From Yuukianura sp. NJ FZ-2021 (taxonomy: Eukaryota), in contig JAJCTO010000009.1 in the NCBI GenBank assembly GCA_046563655.1, positions 1,054,001 through 1,118,000 on the forward strand: a stretch of DNA of 64,000 nt, read 5' to 3'. This document shows, in pieces, positions 12,307 through 20,900 of the stretch; position 1 is the first letter of the stretch; each line of letters opens with the position of its first letter. Below the pieces are notes generated by a model. That model was given only the letters and a program-made list of their open reading frames with translations, did not search any database and was not told where the DNA came from. The position numbers were made by a program, and so were the translations under genes.

Positions 12307-13869
12307 ATGTGCTTTAATTGCGGTCCGCAATTAAATGATTTAATTGACCCGAAGGAAGGACGTTACCACTCGGAACCAACTACCAAAAGGACCAGTTGGA
12401 CACGTTCCGGAGGTAAGTCAACAAAACAATGTATCAAAGGTCACAAGGGGGTCACAATGACCCGAAAGACGAAAGTCTTAACGGGTGATGGTGTGCACCA
12501 TAGGTGTCCTTTTGCAAGACCCATAAGAAATACATATAAAAACTACCTGAAACTTAATACACATGATGAAACCCTTACTAAATATGCAATCAACGATGAA
12601 CTAATCAACTCTGGTGTGACTGATGAGGCACATGTCCATGGAGCTGGGGGAACGATGAGTCCCATACTGGTTACCATGATGTGGGTAAATCAGTCACAAA
12701 AGCCGAGTGGTTACGTATCTGAGTATGATTGGATATGTATTGGCAAATCAGACACAAGTAAAAAACAATACTATATACCGAACTTTGCTTACAGAAATCT
12801 GACCGTGATGTCAAACATACCGGTAGTCAACGTTGATGAAGACGAACTTCTTAATACTTCGGGAGACGAAGAAGTCTCCAAAGTCGACGAGATTGAAGAT
12901 GACGTGTTTGAGGAAGTACAAACCACGAACACAAATGAAGTACCAAATCAGAAAATGAACATCACTTCTAAATCCAGACCAAATGAGAAGTCAATCAGCG
13001 GTACGTTGAAGGGGCTTCAAATCAGCACTGCAGAACAACCAGAGAAAAAATCGCTCAAAAAAACCTTTTCAAAGGCTGAACGAAAAGCGTTTCATGAGGC
13101 TCGTCTACTCAAGAAAATCCACGACAAGGGTCATGTCGGAGTACCTAAAGCTGAAGTGGACACAGAAAATCCGAATATTCGTACTGAAAAGTTATCAACA
13201 TCAGGAGGAACCAAGCGTGGCTCAACTTCCTCACCAATGCCAACAGAACCTCCGTTGAAGAAACGAATGCCAGAAACTACAAGACAACTGGATTTCACTA
13301 AAACTGTATTTTCAGTAATTCGTGCTGATCACGAGGCAGCTATGCAGTACAGCGACTACGTCGGGCTCAAGGCTGTTCTAGAAATTGAAATTCTTGCGGA
13401 AAGACAAACAGCAGTTAGAATTGAAGAATGTCGGTTCGTCTCTGGGGGTCGAGGCAGATTTATCTGTGCCGACAGCAACTCAGCAGATTGGATCAAGACT
13501 AAACTACAGAAAATACTTGGAGGCACTTACGAGGGTGTCGATCCTTCTCAAATACCAGAATTGAATCTTACAAGACTGTGGTGCTGGATTGCAGGAAATG
13601 CTCCGGTATCTCAAGAATTCTTAGAAGCACTAAAAACGCAGAATCCTGGACTAGAATGTCAAAAATGGAGATGGAGAAAACCAATTCCGTCACAGAAAGG
13701 CCCGCCAGGTCACACTATTTTTGTGGATGCAGATCCAAACTCTATGAAGGTACTGGAAGAAGAACTGAAGTTTCGGCCATACTTTGGGCTGCGGCGTCTT
13801 GATCTTAGACGCACCAAAGCAGCCCCGCAAGAAGGCGAAGTAGAAGCCCCCGATGCTACTACTGAATAA
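12307..13869 (+). CDS. Retrotransposon ORF1 (nucleic-acid-binding, gag-like), C-terminal DUF4780-like domain
   Basis: 520-codon ORF upstream of pol. It has an acidic patch (VDEDELL), a basic low-complexity middle, and a C-terminal region (WIKTKL...LKTQNPGLECQKW...IFVDADPNS...PYFGL) resembling DUF4780 of LOA/R1-type ORF1s. The true start may be the in-frame ATG at 12808 (353 aa). Confidence 0.8.
   Translation: MCFNCGPQLNDLIDPKEGRYHSEPTTKRTSWTRSGGKSTKQCIKGHKGVTMTRKTKVLTGDGVHHRCPFARPIRNTYKNYLKLNTHDETLTKYAINDELINSGVTDEAHVHGAGGTMSPILVTMMWVNQSQKPSGYVSEYDWICIGKSDTSKKQYYIPNFAYRNLTVMSNIPVVNVDEDELLNTSGDEEVSKVDEIEDDVFEEVQTTNTNEVPNQKMNITSKSRPNEKSISGTLKGLQISTAEQPEKKSLKKTFSKAERKAFHEARLLKKIHDKGHVGVPKAEVDTENPNIRTEKLSTSGGTKRGSTSSPMPTEPPLKKRMPETTRQLDFTKTVFSVIRADHEAAMQYSDYVGLKAVLEIEILAERQTAVRIEECRFVSGGRGRFICADSNSADWIKTKLQKILGGTYEGVDPSQIPELNLTRLWCWIAGNAPVSQEFLEALKTQNPGLECQKWRWRKPIPSQKGPPGHTIFVDADPNSMKVLEEELKFRPYFGLRRLDLRRTKAAPQEGEVEAPDATTE
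12313..12716 (+). other. Putative structured RNA region at the element 5' end
   Basis: Multiple inverted repeats read by eye: 12313-12323/12325-12335 (11 bp), 12360-12373/12703-12716 (13 of 14), 12615-12624/12689-12698 (10 bp), and an AAGAC-GAAA-GTCTT tetraloop hairpin at 12466-12479 enclosed by ACCCG/CGGGT. Confidence 0.55.
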
Positions 13870-14055
13870 TAGTATAGGCTACTCAGTTCTATCTTCTTAC
13901 CAACAAAACTACACAATAGTTTCCCTACTTTGTACTACAGTACATCGCAATAAAAAATATATAAAAACTATATGTAGCAACAGTATTTACGACGATAGTC
14001 TAATAATACACATAAATGAAGCAGTGTATAGTTCATTGAATGCTACTGGAGTGGG

Positions 14056-17000
14056 ATGACAAGAGCATCACTAAGTAGTAACGTTGAATCCACTGCTTCT
14101 CTCCACACTAAAAACATTACTCCCGACTACAAAAAAATTTGCATAACTCAAATAAATTTACATAGGGCAGCCGCAGCAGCCTCCTCACTATGCAGAATGC
14201 TCATGCATGAGGGTACTTATGTAGCACTCATACAGGAACCAACAACACGAAAGGATAGCGTTTGCTATTTTGCTAAAAAGGGCTGTTACTACGTTAAATC
14301 TGGCGAAAGGCCCCGCGCATGCGTGGTAGTCTCAGACGGGTTGGACGTTTGGCCTATACTAGACGTTTCAGACAAAGACTGTATGGCTATTAAACTAACT
14401 TGCGGTGGCAACGCATTAGTATTAGCTTCGGTATATTTCCCTTACGACGGTACAGTAGAGTCTGAAACCGTAACAAAATTAATTCAATATTGTAAAAAGG
14501 CTGAATTACCCCTGATTATTGGCTGCGACTCAAACGCACATCACGTGTTATGGGGCAGCACTGGCAGTAATGCAAGGGGTGAACAATTACTAGAATTTCT
14601 AGAACAGAAAGATTTACATGTAGTAAACAAAGGACATAAACCAACTTTCGTTACAAGAAGTAGAAGGGAGGTTATTGATCTCACCATTGCTTCAACGGAA
14701 GTTATTGGTTTAATAACAAAATGGAGAGTAGGGGAAGAAGAGTCCTTCTCTGACCATAAGTACATAAAATGGGAACTTGGTCTTGAAAGTCCCAAAAATG
14801 AATTTTACCGAAATAAAAGAAAAACAGAATTTGACTACTACAACTTCTTAGTTGAGGAGGAACTTCAAAATGTGGAAATGACACAACCACTCAATGTTGA
14901 GCAACTTGATAAGGCAGTTAGCACTGTTAGTGAAATTCTAACAAAATGCTTTGAGAGAAGCTGCCCGTTAAAACGGGTACGCAAAACTGGACCAACGAAA
15001 AGCTATTGGACATCAACCCTCACATTGATGAGGAAAGCATCCATAAAGCTGCATCGTTTAACGCAACAAAATAATTACTCATATGAATCCTGGTTACTGT
15101 ACCAAGATTCACGCAATAAATACAATGCAGAACTGCGAAATGAAAAGCGCAGAGCCTGGAGAGACTATTGCAGTCAAGTGGAAAAAGTTCCACAGGCCTC
15201 CAGGGCTACCAAAATACTAGCTGGAGACAGAGTCATAGCTCTGGGTCCTATACAGCTAGAGAATGGGAGTTATACTGCCTCACCGGAAGCAACTTTAGAT
15301 TGTCTCCTGAATCATCACTTTCCAAACGACCCGCAGGCTCAAAGCGAGTTAGCGGGCTTAAACTATAATACTGATGGAGTATCAAATGATACTGAGACCA
15401 TCAACAAAATTGTTAGTGATGCAAAAATACTAGCATGCATAAACAGCTTTCAAGCATTCAAGAGCCCAGGGCCTGACAACATATTCCCAGCCTTGCTGCA
15501 GAAAGCACCACTAAAAATGATAAAATATCTCAACTTAATAGCCCGAGCATGCCTGCAACTTGGATATACTCCAATGTTGTGGAACAGGGCAAGGGTTGTC
15601 TTCATACCAAAGCCAGGAAAAGACAGCTATACCAAAGTTGGATCTTGGAGGCCAATCACATTAACATCATTCCTTTTAAAGGTTATGGAAAAACTAATAA
15701 GTAACTACATCAAAACTCCTGATGTTGTAGCCAGGCTAGAACAAAATGGACAATATGCCTACCTTAAGGGACGCAGCTGCGACTCTGCCCTGCACAATCT
15801 GGTAGGCAGAATTGAACGCTCACTGAAATCCAGCGAGCATGCTTTAGGCATGTTCTTGGATATAGAGGGAGCGTTCTCAGCAGCAACATTCAAATCAATG
15901 CTAGAGGCACTGAATCGATTCGAAGTTGACAAGACGGTTATCAACTGGATATCGTCCATGTTAACAAACAGAACCGTATACAGTGAACTGAATGGAAAAG
16001 TAATACACAGAACTGTACAGAAAGGATGCCCGCAAGGCGGCGTTCTTTCACCTCTCCTATGGAATATGGTTCTGGATGAACTACTGTATATTCTAAGAAC
16101 TAAATTTCCGCAGATTAACACGCAAGGGTTTGCGGACGATGTTTCCTTACTACAATGTGGCAAGGATATGTCGACAATTGCCAACATAATGCAACAAAGT
16201 CTAAACACTGTTGACAAATGGTGCAAAACGATTCGACTGGGGGTAAACCCCAATAAAATTGAAGCTGTACTATTCACAAACAGTAGAAAAATACCAAACT
16301 CTATATTACAACTAAACGGTATAAGCATATCTTACGGTAAGGTAGTCAAGCACCTTGGTGTATGGCTTGATTCCAAACTAACATGGACTGAACATTGTAA
16401 AACCAAAGCACTTGCAGGAGTAATCACCCTGCATCAGTGTAAACGAGCCATATCCACAACGTGGGGGCTCAATCCTAAAATATGTTGCTGGATTTATACT
16501 GCTATTGTCCGCCCGAGGATCACGCATGCGTGCGTTTGCTGGGCAACTGCAGTAACCAAACAAAATACACTAACCATGTTGCAAAAAGCGCAAAGGGCCG
16601 CATTGCTCAACATCACAGGGGCAATGCGATCTACGCCAACTGCGAGCATGGAGTGTATTATAGACATACGCCCAATCGACCTTCACATCATGACATTGTG
16701 CATTAAAACAATGTTAAGGTTAATTGACCATAAAGACTGGCTACCATGGAAATCCATGGGGCTTCTAAAAAGAAATACCCATATAAAACAATGTGAGGAA
16801 TGGAGAAATAATCTCCCACTCCTCATGCTACCAACTGAAACAAAATTCATAAATCAAATCTCACCTAATTACAATATACTAATAAAGAAACGGAAACATT
16901 GGGAAGAGGAGGGGGAGCCGAGGCGTAGCGCTTCGGTCCTCCAGGTCTTTACTGATGGATCTAAAATAAATTCTTCCGGTGCTGCATATGTAGTACTGAA

Positions 17001-17826
17001 TGGTAACAAAATACTACAAAGTGAACTATATCCCCTTGGACAGTGTACAAGCGTCTTTCAAGCGGAGGCGTACGCTTTACTCTCGGCTGTTGATTGGGTT
17101 GAAAAGACCCTGTCTACAGACCAATCAGAATATAAGAACATAACACTTGTTGAAATTTATATCGACAACCAAGGAGTTGTTAAAAGCCTAATGGGCAAAA
17201 ATGATGAGAGTACAACCCTTATTTATCAGTCCCACAGAACACTTAACAAAATCAACACAATATGTCCGGTAAATGTTAACTGGATACCAGCACATAAGGG
17301 GTACGTAGGCAATGAAATAGTGGACAGTTTAGCGAAGGCGGCTGCTTACACAAAATGTATTGGACCAGAACCAATATTACCAATCCCATACAGCACAATA
17401 GTAACTGCAATCAATGACTATTCCAGAACCTGTCATGAAAAAAGATGGCGTGCACAAAAAGGATGTGAGGACTCCAAAAAAGTCCTCACAAAAATATATA
17501 GTAAAAATGCTAAGCACTGCTTAAAACTAAATAGAGAAGATCTTAAATCTCTAACAGAATTGATCACAGGACATGGACAATATGCCAAACACCTCTATAG
17601 GATAGGGATCGCGGAGTCGCCTTTATGTCCACACTGTGGATATAAGGAAGAGACCCGTGATCACCTACTGATGGAGTGTGAGGCACACATGAACCCAAGG
17701 CTAAAGGCATTTGGGGTATACCTCTTGAGAAAAGAGGATCTTAAAAACACTTCTCTCTCTGAACTAACGGAATTCGTCCGACAATTAAAAAGAGCGAAGG
17801 TTAGCGGCGGGAGAGTTATTCCCTGA
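14056..17826 (+). CDS. Retrotransposon ORF2 polyprotein: APE endonuclease, reverse transcriptase, RNase H, CCHC zinc knuckle
   Basis: 1256 aa, intact. APE motifs QINLH, LIQEP, SVYFP, GCDSNAHH, IDLT and SDH (~14130-14760). RT motifs KSPGPD, WRPITL, FLDIEGAF, GCPQGGVLSPLLWN, FADD (16129-16140) and KHLGV. RNase H motifs FTDGS, FQAEAYA, YIDNQ and WIPAHKG..GNEIVD (~16940-17345). C-x2-C-x8-H-x4-C at 17626-17679. Confidence 0.97.
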   Translation: MTRASLSSNVESTASLHTKNITPDYKKICITQINLHRAAAAASSLCRMLMHEGTYVALIQEPTTRKDSVCYFAKKGCYYVKSGERPRACVVVSDGLDVWPILDVSDKDCMAIKLTCGGNALVLASVYFPYDGTVESETVTKLIQYCKKAELPLIIGCDSNAHHVLWGSTGSNARGEQLLEFLEQKDLHVVNKGHKPTFVTRSRREVIDLTIASTEVIGLITKWRVGEEESFSDHKYIKWELGLESPKNEFYRNKRKTEFDYYNFLVEEELQNVEMTQPLNVEQLDKAVSTVSEILTKCFERSCPLKRVRKTGPTKSYWTSTLTLMRKASIKLHRLTQQNNYSYESWLLYQDSRNKYNAELRNEKRRAWRDYCSQVEKVPQASRATKILAGDRVIALGPIQLENGSYTASPEATLDCLLNHHFPNDPQAQSELAGLNYNTDGVSNDTETINKIVSDAKILACINSFQAFKSPGPDNIFPALLQKAPLKMIKYLNLIARACLQLGYTPMLWNRARVVFIPKPGKDSYTKVGSWRPITLTSFLLKVMEKLISNYIKTPDVVARLEQNGQYAYLKGRSCDSALHNLVGRIERSLKSSEHALGMFLDIEGAFSAATFKSMLEALNRFEVDKTVINWISSMLTNRTVYSELNGKVIHRTVQKGCPQGGVLSPLLWNMVLDELLYILRTKFPQINTQGFADDVSLLQCGKDMSTIANIMQQSLNTVDKWCKTIRLGVNPNKIEAVLFTNSRKIPNSILQLNGISISYGKVVKHLGVWLDSKLTWTEHCKTKALAGVITLHQCKRAISTTWGLNPKICCWIYTAIVRPRITHACVCWATAVTKQNTLTMLQKAQRAALLNITGAMRSTPTASMECIIDIRPIDLHIMTLCIKTMLRLIDHKDWLPWKSMGLLKRNTHIKQCEEWRNNLPLLMLPTETKFINQISPNYNILIKKRKHWEEEGEPRRSASVLQVFTDGSKINSSGAAYVVLNGNKILQSELYPLGQCTSVFQAEAYALLSAVDWVEKTLSTDQSEYKNITLVEIYIDNQGVVKSLMGKNDESTTLIYQSHRTLNKINTICPVNVNWIPAHKGYVGNEIVDSLAKAAAYTKCIGPEPILPIPYSTIVTAINDYSRTCHEKRWRAQKGCEDSKKVLTKIYSKNAKHCLKLNREDLKSLTELITGHGQYAKHLYRIGIAESPLCPHCGYKEETRDHLLMECEAHMNPRLKAFGVYLLRKEDLKNTSLSELTEFVRQLKRAKVSGGRVIP

Positions 17827-17927
17827 AATTAAATTGGTGTTATGGAGAGAGCGAAATAGGCCCGACAGTGCGCCTCATCGCCGTGATCCTCTCTGTGCCT
17901 AATGCACTTAGAGATACCTCTGAAAAA
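17827..17927 (+). other. Retrotransposon 3' UTR with candidate stem-loops
   Basis: Lies between the ORF2 stop and the tail. Nested pairings AGAGA/TCTCT, GCGA/TCGC and AGGC/GCCT (17846-17894), followed by GTGC/GCAC and AGAG/CTCT mini-hairpins. Confidence 0.6.
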
Positions 17928-17943
17928 CATACATACATACATA
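17928..17943 (+). repeat. (CATA)4 microsatellite 3' tail of the LINE
   Basis: AAAAA followed by CATACATACATACATA; the last TA is shared with the right TSD. Confidence 0.9.
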
Positions 17944-17954
17944 ACCCAAGTTTA
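17942..17954 (+). repeat. Target-site duplication, right copy (TAACCCAAGTTTA)
   Basis: Identical to 12264-12276; the satellite C monomer resumes in register afterwards. Confidence 0.93.
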
Positions 17955-20900
17955 ATTGGTGTGGATAAATCGCAATTAAATCTGGTTAGAGCGTACTTAA
18001 AAGTCTGAATGAACCGCTCTGTCTCGAATATTATCTTGGGCTGGAATACGGCACCCAGGGCAATGTCGAGCACCATTTTGACGCAAAACGACTTAAATTT
18101 GTGAGAATGAACATGCAAATGTGAGAATGAACAGAAAGTAAATTACATTTTTGAAATCCTCATAAAAAGAGCTACAGGAACCCACTTTCACTTGCTGTGT
18201 CTTCCCTCATCTCGTGACTTTTTTTTATGAAAATTTGTTTCAAAACAAATCATTCAAAAAACCTCCACGCGGAGCGATGCCGGGTGAAAAGGAGTTGTTT
18301 TTTTGAAATCCTCCTGAAAAGTACTACAGTAACCCAAGTTTAATTGGTGTGGATAAATCGCAATTAAATCTGGTTAGAGCGTACTTAAAAGTCTGAATGA
18401 ACCGCTCTGTCTCGAATATTATCTTGGGCTGGAATACGGCACCCAGGGCAATGCAATGTCTAGCACCATTTTGACGCAAAACGACTTAAATTTGTGAGAA
18501 TGAACATGCAAATGTGAGAATGAACAGAAAGTAAATTACATTTTTGAAATCCTCATAAAAAGTGCTACAGGAACCCACTTTCACTTGCTGTGTCGTCCAT
18601 CATCTTGTTACCTTCATTTATGAAAATTCATGTTTCAAAACAAAGAATTCAAAAGAAATGCATTCCAGAACGATGCTGGATAAAAGTCAACAATATTTTT
18701 GAAATCCTCATAAAAAGGGCTACAGGAACCCACTTTCATTTGCTGTGTTCTCCCTCATCTTGTGACTTTTTTTAATGAAAATTTGTTTCAAAACAAATCA
18801 TTCAAAAAACCTCCACGCGGAGCGATGCCGGGTGAAAAGGAGTTACTTTTCTGAAATCCTCCTGAAAAGTACTACAGGAACCCAAGTTTAATTGGTGTGG
18901 ATAAATCGCAATTAAATCTGGTTAGAGCGTACTTAAAAGTCTGAATGAACCGCTCTGTCTCGAATATTATCTTGGGTTGGTATATGGCACCCAGGGCAAT
19001 GTCGAGCACCATTTTGACGCAAAACGACTTAAATTTGTGAGAATGAACATGCAAATGTGAGAATGAACAGAAAGTAAATTACATTTTTGAAATCCTCATA
19101 AAAAGTGCTACAGGAACCCACTTTCACTTGCTGTGTCGTTTCTCATCTTGTTACCTTTATTTATGAAAATTCATGTTTCAGAAAAAAGAATTCAAAAGAA
19201 ATGCATTCCAGAACGATGCTGGGTAAAAGTCAACTATATTTTTGAAATCCTCAGAAAAAGGGCTACATGAACCCACTTTCACTTGCTGTGTCGTCAATCA
19301 TCTCGTGACTTTTTTTTATGAAAATTTGTTTCAAAACAAATCATTCAAAAAAACTCCACGCGGAGCGATGCCGGGTGAAAAGGAGTTACTTTTCTGACAT
19401 CCTCCTGAAAAGTACTACAGGAACCCAAGTTTAATTGGTGTGGATAAATCGCAATTAAATCTGGTTAGAGCGTACTTAAAAGTCTGAATGAACCGCTCTG
19501 CCGCGGATTTTATTTTGGGTTGGAATACGGCACCCAGGGCAATGTCGAGCACCATTTTGACGCAAAACGACTTAAATTTGTGAGAATGAACATGCAAATG
19601 TGAGAATGAACAGAAAGTAAATTACATTTTTGAAATCCTCATAAAAAGAGCTACAGGAACCCACTTTCACTTGCTGTGTCGTCCCTCATCTTCGTGACTT
19701 TGTTTTATGAAAATTTGTTTCAAAACAAATCATTCAAAAAACCTCCACGCGGAGCGATGCCGGGTGAAAAGGAGTTACTTTTCTGAAATCCTCCTGAAAA
19801 GTACTACAGGAACACAAGTTTAATTGGCGTGGATAGATCGCAATTAAATCTGGTTAGAGCGTACTTACAAGTCTGAATGAACCGCTCTGCCTCAGATTTT
19901 ATCTTGGGTTGGAATACAGCACCCTGGGCAATGTCGAGCACCATTTTGACGCAAAACGACTTAAACTTGTGAGAATGAATATGCAAATGTGAGAATGAAC
20001 AGAAAGTAAATTACATTTTTGAAATCCTCATAAAAAGGGCTACAGGAACCCACTTTCACTTGCTGTGTCGTCCATCATCTTGTTACCTTTATTTATGAAA
20101 ATTCATGTTTCAAAACAAAGAATTCAAAAGAAATACATTCCAGAACGATGCTGGGTAAAAGTCAACAATATTTTTGAAATCCTCATAAAAAGGGCTACAG
20201 GAACCCACTTTCACTTGCTGTGTTCTCCCTCATCTTGTGACTTTTTTTAATGAAAATTTGTTTCAAAACAAATCATTCAAAAAACCTCCACGCGGAGCGA
20301 TGCCGGGTGAAAAGGAGTTACTTTTCTGAAATCCTCCTGAAAAGTACTACAGGAACCCAAATTTAATTGGCGTGGATAGGTCGCAATTAAATCTGGTTAG
20401 AGCGTACTTAAAAGTCTGAATGAACCGCTCTGCCGCGGATTTTATTTTGGTTTGGAATACGGCACCCAGGGCAATGTCGAGCACCATTTTGACGCAAAAC
20501 GACTTAAATTTGTGAGAATGAACATGCAAATGTGAGAATGAACAGAAAGTAAATTACATTTTTGAAATCCTCATAAAAAGAGCTACAGGAACCCACTTTC
20601 ACTTGCTGTGTCGTTTCTCATCTTGTTACCTTTATTTATGAAAATTCATGTTTCAAAACAAAGAATTCAAAAGAAATGCATTCCGGAACGATGCTGGGTA
20701 AAAGTCAACTATATTTTTGAAATCCTCATAAAAAGGGCTACAGGAACCCACTTTCACTTGCTGTGTCGTCCCTCATCTCGTGACTTTTTTTATGAAAATT
20801 TGTTTCAAAACAAATCATTCAAAAAAACTCCACGCGGAGCGATGCCAGGTGAAAATGAGTTACTTTTCTGAAATCCTCCTGAAAAGTACTACAGGAACCC

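Larger units (their letters stand above)
12277..17941 (+). mobile_element. Apparently full-length non-LTR retrotransposon (LINE), LOA-clade-like within the R1/I group, about 5.67 kb
   Basis: Two uninterrupted long ORFs; APE + RT + RNase H + CCHC order in ORF2; short 3' UTR ending in (CATA)4; perfect 13-bp TSD; no LTRs or TIRs. The clade call rests on recalled domain architecture, not on a database search. Confidence 0.93.

Noticed and set aside
12307..12350. Gag zinc knuckle suggested by N-terminal CFNCG
   Set aside because: It lacks the downstream H and C of CX2CX4HX4C, and the codons coincide with the DNA palindrome.
12277..12400. HDV-like ribozyme at the element 5' end
   Set aside because: I could not build the nested double pseudoknot (P1/P1.1/P2/P3) by eye. 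It is not supported without a descriptor search, though not strictly excluded.
12620..12700. Hammerhead ribozyme suggested by CTGATGAG
   Set aside because: There is no stem II followed by GAAA, and CTGAT is sequestered in the 10-bp TGTGACTGAT/ATCAGTCACA stem.
13578..16706. Alternative-frame and antisense ORFs inside ORF1/ORF2, including the 189-aa minus-strand ORF 15759-16328
   Set aside because: They are shadows of the long coding frames and have no motifs of their own.
16940..17345. LTR retrotransposon or retrovirus interpretation because of RNase H
   Set aside because: There are no LTRs, protease or integrase. The N-terminal APE, microsatellite tail and 13-bp TSD indicate a non-LTR element.
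17840..18118. 92-aa minus-strand ORF crossing the element/satellite junction
   Set aside because: It is a chance extension of the satellite ORF, because the insertion removed its usual stop codon.
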